Assembly: GCA_964016885.1 (NCBI GenBank)
Contig: OZ024742.1
Location: 93,186,001-93,250,000 of the forward strand
Reading direction: 5' to 3'
Source: Eledone cirrhosa
Taxonomy: Eukaryota
DNA: 64,000 bases
Below the pieces are notes generated by a model. The model saw only the letters and a program-made list of their open reading frames with translations. It was not told the DNA's origin and made no database searches. Positions 51,577 to 64,000 of the stretch are shown here, in pieces (position 1 is the stretch's first letter; every line of letters begins with the position of its first letter). The position numbers and the translations under genes were made by a program.

Positions 51577-52607
51577 GTGGGCGACCCATCTAACCCATGC
51601 AAGCATGAAAAATGGATTTTAAACGGTGATGATACATACACACATATATATGTATATATGTATACACACACATGTACGCACATACACACAGATATATATA
51701 TATATGGAATAAAAATAGATACATAAATAAATGTATAAGTATGTAATTATGATGATGATAGTGATGTTGGCAGTAGTGTAAAACTGAGGTTAGTGATTAG
51801 TGACAGATAGAAACACTGCCTAACATGAGCAAATGTGGAAAATATAAGATGTTGAGGATGGTGATGATAATGAGGTTGAGGATGGTAACTCTGGCTAAAA
51901 CATAGACAGCTATAGTATTGACAGTGACCACAGAGTCATGCCAGCCTAGCAATGATGGCACCATTTTTCTGTCAACATTGATGATTCAAATACAATTGTT
52001 TTAAGATATAACAGGTCATATCCCCTTATGTGGTATGATAAATCTCATTTTATTCCATCTTCAGATAGAGAAAGAATTTGAAATGCACACACCTATGGTA
52101 TATACATACACTGCTCATATATATACACAGTATATATATATGCACATAATACATACATACACTTGTGATGCATACACATGCCCACAGCAAACAGAAACAT
52201 ACAGTCTGTACATACACACAGCAGATACATTCACTCAGCACATACACTCACACAGCAGATATATACAGCACATACATACACACAGCCCAATCATATGCAT
52301 AGCAGATATATAGTACATATATAAACACTGCACATACATACACATGACATATACACATACACGCACTCAGTATGTACATACATGCACATCACAGTACATA
52401 CACACAACCATCACAGTACATGCACACACACACACACACATACATTTCAGTACATACACACACATATCACAGGACATGCACACACACACACATACACACA
52501 CATCACACTACATACACACACATCACACTACATACACACACACACATCACACTACATACACGCATACATCACAATACACACATACATCACAGTACACACA
52601 CACATAT

Positions 52608-54871
52608 AATCTTTTTACTGCTGTTGAGATCGACTTCCCCCACATCCTGAGAGTAGTTACTGTCCTGCATGACCACTCCCAGGTCTTCACACCCATTTTA
52701 GAGTCCCTAAATATGGTACCAGGATAAGTCAGTTCATGAGATTTGCAGTTGGCTGGTTCCAGTTACCAGAGGATAAATTGTGACACTACACCATTGGCGG
52801 CTCTATGGCAGGGGCCAGAAAATTGCATTCTTCTTGCTTTAACAATCTGTGAAACTCTTGGAAGTTCACCATAGATTTGTTGGAGCATTAAGTATCCCCT
52901 CCAGGATAAATTGTTAACATGCATTAATAGTAGTATGTATGTCCTGTCAAAATGCTTTTGTTGGTTTCATGTCAAGGTTCAAGTTTCAGAACCATAAAAG
53001 AAAAATTTGTTCATTGTTTTGAAATTTTTGACTTCAATTTTATCATTAATGTTTGAAGTTCAGATTTTATTTTCGTCAATACAAGCTGTCCAGTCCATGC
53101 ATTTTCTTGTTTACAATTCTTTCTCCAAGTTAGAGATGAAAGAATCCAAATATCTATAGTCTTAATTGTGGAGAATGGATTAATAGTTTAGCAACAATCC
53201 TTGTATTCAGTTTTTGTCTTGGTCAGGTAGTCTGACACAATTTGCAGCCATCTGAGGGGACGTTACTAGATATTGGGCAATCACAAGAGAATTACTTATC
53301 AAAGCAATATCATCAACAACATCAGTATATGTGAGATATTGATCAGAATCACGAGAGCTCCTTCTAGGTTGAATTTTTAGGTCTACAGACATATGCAGGA
53401 GGTAATCAACAATGAAAAGAACAGGAACCATGGTGTCTTCTTGAAGAATACTAGCTTTGGTGTCTATGGGTTGTATCTCTCTATCTGAGCAAAGGAACTC
53501 AGGAGATTCAATGGCCATCCAATAGTGTATACATATGAGGGTAGGCTGAAAAGTTCAAAGACTGACTATGAAGATATCATGCTAGTGCTGTGGAATCTTG
53601 CATGCATTAATTTCAACTCTCCTTATTAATAACAGCGTTGTTTTTTTTTCAGAGACTATGTTGAAAAATAAACCTTTTTTGCTTATTCCATGCAAGGATC
53701 TTGGTAAGCCAACCCTCATATATATATATCTTTATATACTTTTATATGCATATTTTTCTATAAATATATTAAAATTTTTTTTAGCGATCACATTTTTGAA
53801 CTTGCACAAATATATACATTTGATGTTCGTATATATCAATCATATTTTAATATTGTAAATATTTTAATTTGATATAAACGATTTTGTAAATGTTTTAAAT
53901 TAATATTTAATTGTTTTGTAGTACTGTTTGTCGACCATATATTTGAACTTGTGAAAATACATTCTGTTGAAGAGACTGAAGATTTTTACACCTCCCTTAG
54001 GTCTGTCTTAGACCAAGAACTCAAACATAACTATCTTGCTATTCGTGGGGATATGAATTCAAAACTATGGCTGATGATGAAAAATTCACATTTGATGACC
54101 ACACAAGCTGAAATGGTGAAATGCTTTTAGATCTAATGGAGGAATACAATCTTTTCTTTACCAATAATAACTTTACGAAACCTAAATATAAATTGTCGAC
54201 ATTTGAATATGTATTCAGAAAACACTCTTAGCTTGACTATTTCTTTTTTTGTAAGAAATAGCACAATAGCTTCAAGTATTCAATAGCATATTTCTCATTC
54301 AGCTCAGTTAGCTCAAATCACTGTATAGCATTAGCCCACATTAAGCTCAGTCTCAGAACATGAAAAAAGCACCATGAAATTGCATGAAAAACATAGACTG
54401 GAAATGAGTCTCAATGGATCTCTAAACCCTTTTGTTTCGAAGTGAACAACAGATACCAGAATCTTTTGCCTGAAGCTGAGCTTCTGCCTGAAAATACTGA
54501 TGAGATCTATTCTAATCTTTCAACTGTCACTGTTGCCACAGAAATGCTTCTTAAAAAGAAATCCATTACAAACTAATATTAAACATGTCCTTCCTAGAGT
54601 TGATCCATTTTAAAAGAAAAATCAGAATGACTTTCAAGCAGGTTGTTCAATTATTTTACGTAGTGTGAACATTTGGCTAAAAGTTGAAGAAACCAAATAT
54701 TGTAATCTAAACTCAGTTTTTATTTTTGTTAACTTCAGAAAAGCTTTTGATTCTGTTGATAAAAGTTTCATGTAAGAAAATCTTGATCTCTGTGGTATTT
54801 CTCAAGATATAATCGAAGATATCATGGTCTTATATACTAACATTTCTGCAACAATCTACACCCCAGATGGA
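52608..54871 (-). mobile_element. Old RTE-clade LINE with inverted 5' part
   Basis: Minus 53500-52608: ILQEDTMVPVLFIVDY...VVDDIAL to C-terminus; plus 53930-54871: GDMNSKL, LDY, FRKAFDSVD, TPDG. Confidence 0.7.
53536..53718. mobile_element. Mariner-type MITE with TA TSD
   Basis: ta|tgagggtaggct ... agccaaccctca|ta. Confidence 0.8.
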
Positions 54872-57800
54872 ATGCACACACACACACACACACACACACA
54901 AACATCACACTACACACACACACACTAGGTATATATAAACACAACACATACACACTGTACACATTGATCTTACACTACACATATACACATACATTAAATA
55001 CACACAGCATTACAGACTCACACCCAACGTAACCTATATTCAGTATACAACACACATAACCTGCGCACACAGCATATAGACGTACATAATGTACATACAT
55101 ACAAATAACCTATAAATACAGTGCACACATACAAACACACAGCATAGAACACATATTACTTATACATACACAGTACACACATACACATAACCTTCACACA
55201 TTGTACACACACATTACACACACACAAATGCATAACCTATATACACAGCACATATACACAGATAACCTATACGTAGAGCATGCAACACACAACCTACATT
55301 CAGTACATGCATACACACACACATGTCTTTGAATCTCATGACTATCCAGCAATGGCTTTTATTAAGACATACGGTAAGCCACATGATAGCATTCTATTAA
55401 AACTTTTGATATCAAACTGGTTTTAACTGCCCCTGGGTTTACAACACAAAACCACTGATTTTAAGGTGTGTATATATATCTAAAAGTCTGGTGATATACA
55501 CCTGACATGACTAAAAACAAACAGAAAGCATGGAAATCAACCAGGGAAGGGTTCCTCCAATATGAATGAGATGGCCCTGGATTGGATTTGATATTTATCT
55601 AAAGAGTAGGTGGCAAATTGGCAGAGTCATTAGAATGTTGTATAGAATGCTTAATAGTATTACTTCTAGCTCTCTGACTCTGAGTTCAAATCCCACCGAG
55701 GTTGATAAAAAAGTACCAGTCCAGTCCAGTCCTGGGGCTGGTTCTTCCTTTATATCTCTTTCTCACTTCTCTCTCACTCTCCATAAGAAATCAGCTGTAT
55801 TCAGAACTAGAGATGGATGGGCTCTGCCAGGTTTGAAATGCTCAATATATGCTGTATATCACTATAGCATCCCTACAACTCTACCATGAGTTACAGGTCT
55901 ATATATATACATTTATCTAAACACCTTCTATTATAAGGTCATTATAATTTTTAGGTCTGAGTTTAAATCCCACCGAGGTTAACTTTGTCTTTCATCCTAA
56001 CGGGGTCGATAAAATAAAGTACCAGTAATGCACTAGGATAATTGCTGGCCTTTTTATAATTATAATTTTAAGGCTTTTCTTAAGTTAGAATAAGAAACTT
56101 AGTTATATTACTAAATCTATCCACATTTTTGATTAATTTAAAGGCTTATTTGTAAACCAGAAACAATGTCTTCCATGAAAAATATGGTAATGAAAGGGTT
56201 AATAACATAATAGTATAAAGCCAGCAAGCAGGCAAGTCACTAATTGATAAGGAATCCTGCACCGAAAGAACATTGAAGACAGTAAGAGTATGACAAAGTT
56301 TATTAATCTTAACAAATCATTGGCAATTGTCATTGAGTGGAAGAGAACAACTATTACACATTTATTGGATGAACATTTTTCATTGTCATGAAATCATGAG
56401 AAGCCATTCTTTATTCCAATGTGAAATCAAAATTATCATAATTATTATCATCTTCGTTGTTGTTGCCATTGTCATTCTTCTTATTATTGTTGTAAAGATC
56501 AGCCTCCTCCTCCTTTCTTCTTCTTCTTCTTACTATTATTATTATTGTTATTATTATTACTGTCAGTATTGTTATTTTAAATGGTTGGCAATAAGCCTGG
56601 GTTGATAGTGTCAGCTTTCTGTTCCTACAAAAGGTTAGCTGTAGATGGGCACCAAGAATAAATTCCATTATCGGCATATCGGCAAGGTGAACAGAGGTTT
56701 ATTGTTGTATTAAGGAAGTGTGAAACCTCACGTACATGTATTGACCATTAAAGAATGGTAGCAGAGATAAAGAATTTCTTTCTGTTTATTCAACACTTAG
56801 CAAGATGAGAATGGGATTTATTGTGACAGAGTGGATAGTTTTATTCTCTCAACACCTGGAACATGACTTACAATTCCCTGCCAGGGAAGGGGGATGTCCA
56901 TTCAATATATTTATTCATTAATTTCATTATTTATTTAGTTATTTATTCATTTCCTTATTTAATTCTTACTTATTTACTCTAAAACTGACTCTACGTGAAT
57001 CCAGTTTAGAATCACACAATCCCTGGTTGTCATACTGGGTGACAAAAACAGTTGGTATAAGGAAAGGCATCTGGCTGTAAAATATTGACATTGAAAGGAC
57101 CCCGTGAACAGCATGAAGTCTATCATGGGACTCTGCTTCCTCTTCCTCCTCTAGCTCCTCCTTTACCTCTTCCTCTACCTCCTCTTTTACCTCCTCTTCT
57201 ACCTCCCCCCTCCTCATCTATAACCCCCTCTTCCTCATCATCCATAACCCCCCTCCTCCTACGCTATCTCCTCTACCTCCTTCTTCTCCTCCTCCTACTC
57301 TATCTCCTCTACCTCCTTCTTCTTCTCCCCCTCCTACTTTATCTCCTCTTCCTGCATGTTATAAGAGGTGATCCCTGCAGGTGTGGTGCACCATTCCTGC
57401 AGGTTGGAGTACCAAAGATGAATTCCATGGTGAATATGAAGTTTATCATGGGACTGTCTATGTGTATCCAGTTTAGAATAGGTACACCATATACTACATA
57501 TTGTAAAATGTGATTAAAAGGGTTGTTACCAGAAGGGCATCTGGTTGTAAAAAATTTCCTCAAGAAAGACACCATGATGAGTATGAAGTTTGAAATGGGG
57601 CCCACAAGATTAACTCCTTCATTAGCAGGGAAAGTTACCTAAAAACACTTGTGTTAATACCAACCTGTATGAGATCACCTCTGGTTTCATGATACAAAAC
57701 CTCCCATTTTAAGGTATTCATAGATAAGTTAACCCTTTAAGTAGCAAACAAACTGAAACTGTTCTTGGTTCTATGATACAAAAGTATTTATTTTAAGATG

Positions 57801-58045
57801 ATTATATTTTTCTAAAACCTTTCCATCATAATAAGTTTTAAGTTGTTTCAAGCACCAGCTTGATAATGAGGATCTAACTGTAAAAAACCATGCCAAAATA
57901 TGATTTGTAATAACCCATCCAGCCCATCCCAGGATGGGGAATGGATACAAAATGATGGTAATGATGATGATTAAGATCATCTTTCAGATAGTTCCGATGT
58001 AAACTGCTTGACATATCAGTTTTGGTGAAATTTCATCTCTTAGGT

Positions 58046-58562
58046 CAGGGATTCCCAAACTTTTTAGTCCATTGCCCCCCCCCCCCCCATCTGCAAGGAA
58101 TCCTTGACCTGCTCATTTATTCCAGTCATATACAAAAGAAAAAAAAGTAAATAAAAAAAATAGTAAACAGAATATAAAATAAATGGCAATAAAGATGAAG
58201 GTCGATTGAAAAGTTCATAGGCTGACCAAGATTCTCTCGTGGAATGATCAAATGAGATTTATTTCCAACATAGTTCCTGGAAAGAAACAATGTGGTTATT
58301 AATAAGTAAAGTTAAAATTAATGCATTCAAGATTTCACAGCTCTAGCATCAATCCTTTATAGTGAGCCTATACACTTTTCAGCTAACCATCCCATCATAT
58401 ATGAATCAGAAACCTGTATAAGCAAATTATATTTTTTTAAATTATTCTATGTATTTTCATTTTTTATACAAATATACAATTTATGTTTAAAAGTTCAATC
58501 AGGTCCTTGGGTAGTCCCACTGACTACTGGTGGTTGATATCAACCACTTTTAGGAATCCCTG
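58046..58562. mobile_element. Old hAT (Charlie-like) MITE with nested mariner MITE (about 58197-58395)
   Basis: TIRs cagggattcccaaa / ttaggaatccctg; degenerate 8-bp flanks tcttaggt/atttagat. Confidence 0.65.
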
Positions 58563-59025
58563 ATTTAGATACTCCATTCCCATATTTATTATGAAGGTGT
58601 TGTTTTCTAATTTAGAATTAAAAACATAAAAAAAAATTTAAGAAGTAAGAAATCTGTGTGCGACTTGGCTTCAATGTTGAACAAGTTTCACAACCACGTT
58701 TTCACTGTTTCTTTACTGACTCATAACACTGAGATAATTGGATGTTGTTCTGTGTAAGTTGATATATATTTTCTGGACATGCAATTATGATATTTCATTT
58801 CATGTCAGCAGATCTTGTGGCATGACTTTGCGAAAAAATAGCCCCTCCCGCCAAAAAAAAATATTTTATGGAAATGTTGCACCATAGAAGATGATATTTA
58901 AAGCTGTAAAAATAATTGCCTTGAACAGTGGATAGAAAATCAGAACCTCTAAATTCAGTGATGGAAAACATCATTATCTAACAAAAATACTTTCGCTGGC
59001 AGTAATATACAGAGTGGGGCTAATG

Positions 59026-59392
59026 CAGTGTTTCTCAACGGTGAGCCAAGGGCCCACTCAGTGGGCCCAGGACAATTTTGAGTGGGCTCGGAGAAATTTC
59101 AGTGGGCCTGGAAATTTTTTCAGACTTTCTTGGAACATAAGATTACACAAAATTTAAATGCAGTCGGGATCATATGGGGGTAAGTGTTCCAGAATGCTCT
59201 TTGAGCATTGACCCTGGCAATTTCTAGGGAGTAAAGTGGGCCGAGAGAACAAAAAGATTGAGAAGCACTAGTATATATATCATGTGGGAGTTATAGTCCA
59301 GAATAGTTTTTGAGCACTGTAAAATAAGTGGGCCCGGACATTTTTTGGGAGCTAAAAGTGGGCCCGGGGGTCAAAAAGGTTGAGAAACACTG
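59026..59392. mobile_element. hAT MITE
   Basis: 14-bp TIR cagtgtttctcaac/gttgagaaacactg; perfect 8-bp TSD ggctaatg; repeated agtgggcc motifs. Confidence 0.92.
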
Positions 59393-61689
59393 GGCTAATG
59401 GTTGGTAACATCTGAATCAGCTTAACTTATTGAAGTATTTTTAATGCAAGGCTCCTTCACTCATTGGTTTTTTTAATTTGAAGTGCTGGACTGTATGTAA
59501 TCCCCCAAAGCAAGGACAAAGAATTCATGTTATCCTCCTCCTCCTCATCATCATCATCATCAGCATCAGTATCATCATCATCATCATCATCAATACCCCC
59601 TCCTCTTCTTCATCATCACCACCCTCTTTCCCCTCCTCCTCCTCCTCCTCCTCCTCCTCATCATCATCACTCACCACAACCACAACTACATCCACTGTAT
59701 TGAGTACATTCTATCATGGCACCAGCACTAGAGAGCTGTCATGCTTCCTCTAATAATAAAAGGTCTTCTCTATCCCACATTGTCTTTTGTTCATTTACCA
59801 ACCACTTTTCTGTTGTGGCACCACCACTTTACAGATTATATTGAGTGAATTTTATTGTGGAACCAGCTTGAGGTTGCCATGTATCTAAAGAGTATGCCTC
59901 TACTCTACACTGTTCAAAGAAACATGGTCAAATGGGAGAACAAAAGAGAGAGCAATCTTACAAGAAGAGCCAAGGCAAGAGGGTGAAAGGAGAGTATGAT
60001 GGGAGAAACAGTGACTAAGGCTACTATATATGAAATTACTCAAAATATTAATCAACAATATTTCTCAAATGCAACAATACATATTTCTGCTGAAAAAAAA
60101 AAATGTGGTGCTGGTGGTAGTGGCAATAGTGGCAGTGACAGCAATGGTGGTCATAGGGATTTTATTGTGAGGGTAATGGTGGGAGTTGATGTAGAGTGAG
60201 GGTAATTATGGGGATTGTAGTGGTTGTGAGGGTGATGGTAATGGTGGGGAGGATGATGATAATGGTGGTTTGGGAGAAGGTAATTGTAGCAGTAATGGTG
60301 AGGATGATGATGGCGAAATTCATAACCAATATTTGGAGTGAAGAATTATGAAATTTCATGGAAGCTTACACACATATACAAACTCTATAGTGAGAAACAC
60401 AATTGAGTCAAATGATAACAACAATTCAAAAACTACAAAATGCTATATACAAAAAAAAAACAAAAAAACCCAAACAAACTAACTAAAACTAATAGAAAAC
60501 ATTTCATGCTCTTCTACCCTCTCTCTTTCTCTTATTCTTTCACTGTTAGAACACAACATTTCATTTTGTTAAAGTTTTCCACTACTGCAAGAATACAATA
60601 GAAATATTTAATCAAGTGTCTGATACATCATCAGTAAAACCTTTAATGCTCAACAGGAAGAAGAATCTTGTAAGCATTAAATAGCAAAGTAGCAAACATT
60701 GTTTGTTTGTATTAAAGTTTTGTCTTGAAAGAACAATAATACAGAAGTCATCGTCACATGGCAGAAATTTATTGATATTGTTGGAATTAATTTTAATCTC
60801 TGTTCATTTATTTTAATTAATTGTTTATTTGTTTGTTTGTTTATTTGTCTATTAATTTATTCAATGTTTGTTTCCATGTTAGAGCATTGGATTAAAAATA
60901 CCTCAGTATTTTCTGCAACTTACTACACTCTGAATTCAAATTATGCTGTAGTCACCATTGCCTTTCATTCTTTTGGGGTTGATAAATAAAGTACCAGTCC
61001 AGTACAGGGTAGGTTTTTACTCTATAGATCTTTCTCACCACCTCTTTCTCACTCCTCTCCTTCTCTGGATTCCAATCATGCCATGATCAACTTCATCCTT
61101 CATCCTTTGGAAGTCAATAAATAAAGTACTGGTCCAGTACTGGTGATCGATTCTTCCTCCATATCACATTCTCTCTCTCTCTCTCTCTTTCTTTCTCTGG
61201 AAGAAATCAAATGTGTACTGACCTGGAGAGAGATTGGTCCACCAGGTTTAAAATACCCAAGATATGCTGTCTGTCAAGCTGACATTCCTAGAATTCCATT
61301 AGGAGTTAAAGGCCCTGTTAACTTTTTTTATTTTCCTTATTATATGATGGTAGATTGCCAGAAGTGTTAGAGCATCAGACAAGATGCTTTGTAGTATTTG
61401 CTCCAGTTCTTTACATTGTGAGTTAGAATCCCACTAAGGTTAACTTTACCCGTCATCCTTCTGAGATTGATAAAATAAAGTGCCAAGGCATCACCTAAAA
61501 GAACAAGGACATGTGCCCCTAGAGATAGCATATGCTAACTAAAGCTGCCACGTTTCAATGAAAAGATGGCTGCTACCATCTGACAAGCCATAGGGAGGCA
61601 GTGAACATACAGCTGGCACTACTCTACAAAACCTGATTTCCATATGCATGCACATATCCTAACTGTCCCTTCAACAATGCAGAAGTATG

Positions 61690-61980
61690 CATGAAAGTGT
61701 ATGTGGTCTACAGGATCACATGTAGATGATGTGGTTCCTAATTCATTGAAAGCACTGTCCGTATATTACACATAAAGATCAAGGAACGCATGGCAACAAG
61801 AACTTCATCAGCCAAAAATCACCTTGACAAATGTTGCAACCAAGACATTGAGATTGCCATAGAGGTGATGGAAAGGAATCTGGGGCATTTAAGGATTAAA
61901 AAAGCTTTAATCATCAATACACAGAAGTCACAAATAAACAATAGACCAGAACAAGATGGAGCAGAGTGGCTTCTATGACT
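61690..61980 (+). pseudogene. Decayed Penelope-like GIY-YIG endonuclease fragment
   Basis: VVYRITCR*CGS*FIESTVRILHIKIKE then LRIKKALII...INNRPE. Confidence 0.7.
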
Positions 61981-62171
61981 GGTCATGCATGTATAATCTA
62001 CACACTCAGGCTAGTTAAGGAAGAATACAACGTGTTGGTTTTGTTTTATTTGTCATCCTTTGTCCTTTATATATTTCTGCCACATTGTACTGGCATTCTG
62101 AAGTTTTTATCAGTTACTACACACACACATATATATATATGTATATATATATACAGCTGCATGTATATATA

Positions 62172-62219
<48 letters not shown>

Positions 62220-62481
62220 GCGGCGGTGAATTAGTTTTGCGAGGTTTTTTATATGAAATCGTGTGTCGAAACAAATATTGTTATACTTGGGGAGGGTCAT
62301 ATTTGTGTAATATTGCCAGAATTAATAACAGAACACACTCACTGTTTGGTTGGTTTTCGCTTCTCGCTTCTGTGTCTTTTATATCAGTAATCTAACTTAC
62401 TCGGTCCTCAATGTTGCCATTAACTTGTTGTTATTGTGCTTGTGTATGTATTTATTTATTTATTTTATTTTATTTACTTAT

Positions 62482-62830
62482 TTATACTTCTCTTAGGTCA
62501 GTGTTGTTTGTTTGGGTGTTGTTGTTATTCCATTCATTCTTTCTGTTTAGCCTTGGTCTTCTAATTTCTATTTCACTGGCCTCTCTGATTTGCCTATCTG
62601 CTGGGTCATTTCTATGTTTAGATATTATTCTAATTTCTATGTTGTCCATGTTACCGTCATGTTGTTGTCTAGCATGTTCGTATAGTACTGACCCGTTTTT
62701 TCGTCCTTTTAGTTCCCCCCAGTGTTGGTCTATCCTTTCACCTATGCTACGAGCTGTCTCACCTACGTATGTTGTTGTCATGTTTCTGCAAGTACCCTCT
62801 GTACATCTTATGCTATAGACTACGCTTTTA
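62482..62830 (-). pseudogene. C-terminal GIY-YIG endonuclease of a Penelope-like element
   Basis: KSVVYSIRCTEGTCRNMTTTYVGETARSIGERIDQH...LYEH...H...RQIREA...LNRKNEW; open frame but 5'-truncated. Confidence 0.88.
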
Positions 62831-63017
62831 GTTTATAAAATAAATAAATAAATAAATACATACACAAGCACAATAACAACAAGCACATAAACACACACTA
62901 GTCAACAAAACACTATACACACACGCAAACGCATGCGCAAAGAAGACAAAATAAAATAAACAAACAAGCAAATAAATAAATAAATATATAGACAGACTGA
63001 ATAAAAATGGCGTAGAC

Positions 63018-63105
63018 ATACAATATAACACGACTGACGATGTTGCAGATGTGCAACGAAAGATTTATGATAAACTATATATATGTGTTTGTGTCTATAT
63101 TGTAT
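63018..63105 (+). ncRNA. Hammerhead core in the Penelope pseudo-LTR
   Basis: CTGACGA 63034-63040, t, stem II gttgca-gatg-tgcaac, GAAA 63058-63061; long stem I atacaatata/tatattgtat; stem III imperfect. Confidence 0.6.
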
Positions 63106-63272
63106 CTGTATTATTTTTGACCGTCGGTCAGTCAATGGCAACATTGAGGACCGAGTAAGTTAGATTACCGATATAAAAGACACAGAAGCGAGAAGCGAAA
63201 ACCAACCAAACAGTGAGTGTGTTCTGTTATTAATTCTGGCAATATTACACAAATATGACCCTCCCCAAGTAT

Positions 63273-63350
<78 letters not shown>

Positions 63351-63352
<2 letters not shown>

Positions 63353-63873
63353 CAAAGGAATTGTTGGCGTTTATAACATATGTTTATAGTTCTGGTTTTT
63401 TAAACTATGGACTGCTTGCCAGCATGACTCTGAATTTGCGTTACGTTTCGCTTTTTCTACCCGACTAAATGCGATTCTCGCTGAATTTATATTTGTATTA
63501 ATCTCCCGAGTCTTACAATTAACCTGTTAATAATTCTATTGAGAGATTAATTGCATAAGTTTATTTTAAAAACTACCTGGTTGAGTGGTTATTCGATTTG
63601 TGCTATTTATGCAATTTCTTGCATGATTTACACATACTGAATTCATTTGCCAAAATCTGGGGTTTTTCCCCTTGTGAGTTACACATGTGCTTTTACAAAA
63701 CACTACGTCATTCACAACACTGGCACAGAACAAAATACCTGTAGATAACGTGATATTCCTTGTTCGATCATAATACCAAAAGCTTATAGTTTTAAGCAGA
63801 CAATATTATTGATTTAGGTGTCATAGAAACTCTGTATTTGGATTTTACCATCAATTCCAATGGTCCAGGTTTG

Positions 63874-63875
<2 letters not shown>
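63351..63875. mobile_element. Unclassified 525-bp insert in (TA)n
   Basis: (TA)n both sides; aacaaa.../...tttgtt ends; left end aacaaaggaattgt resembles the fold-back family tail. Confidence 0.5.
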
Positions 63876-63904
<29 letters not shown>

Positions 63905-63909
<5 letters not shown>

Positions 63910-64000
63910 TACCTGGGTGACAAAATCAGCAGTGGGGGAGGGTGCTCTGAAAGTACAGTAGCTAGAGTCAGAACTGGATGGAAAAAGTTCAGAGTGCTTA
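63905..64000 (+). mobile_element. Start of another young RTE copy at (TA)n
   Basis: Matches the RYLGDKISSGGGCSESTVARVRTGWKKFR segment of the other copies. Confidence 0.9.

Larger units (their letters stand above)
62220..63280 (-). mobile_element. Penelope-like element, 5'-truncated, with inverted pseudo-LTR, in (TA)n
   Basis: GIY-YIG ORF; inverted repeats ~62275-62421/63132-63280 and 62423-62470/62836-62883; ~55-bp tail at 62220-62275. Confidence 0.88.

Noticed and set aside
62255-62290. gaaacaaatattgtt as a hammerhead half
   Set aside because: Antisense to the PLE ORF with no CUGANGA; better explained as the element's tail

Overview
AT-rich, microsatellite-dense eukaryotic DNA. The mix of RTE LINEs with (GAT)n tails, tRNA-headed SINEs and very long (TA)n tracts resembles a cephalopod (octopus-like) genome (inference). 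No intact host gene is recognisable; the window looks intronic or intergenic, and almost every long ORF is either transposon-derived or a microsatellite artefact. It contains: five young 5'-truncated copies of one RTE LINE whose RT region carries a PHD-type (C4HC3) finger, plus older RTE relics; two RTE insertions with twin-priming-type 5' inversions; CR1-like, Rex3-like and R4/Dong-like LINE fragments; three Helitrons; hAT, mariner and piggyBac-like MITEs; many SINEs; and a 3.1-kb 48-bp satellite grown out of an RTE 3' UTR, with an 814-bp higher-order duplication. The most striking signal is a set of small Penelope-like inserts inside (TA)n tracts that carry minimal hammerhead-ribozyme folds (best at 881-949 + and 47141-47219 -). 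It includes a four-copy ~185-bp fold-back family that keeps only the GAAA/stem III/GUC half of a hammerhead and turns back on itself inside stem II.
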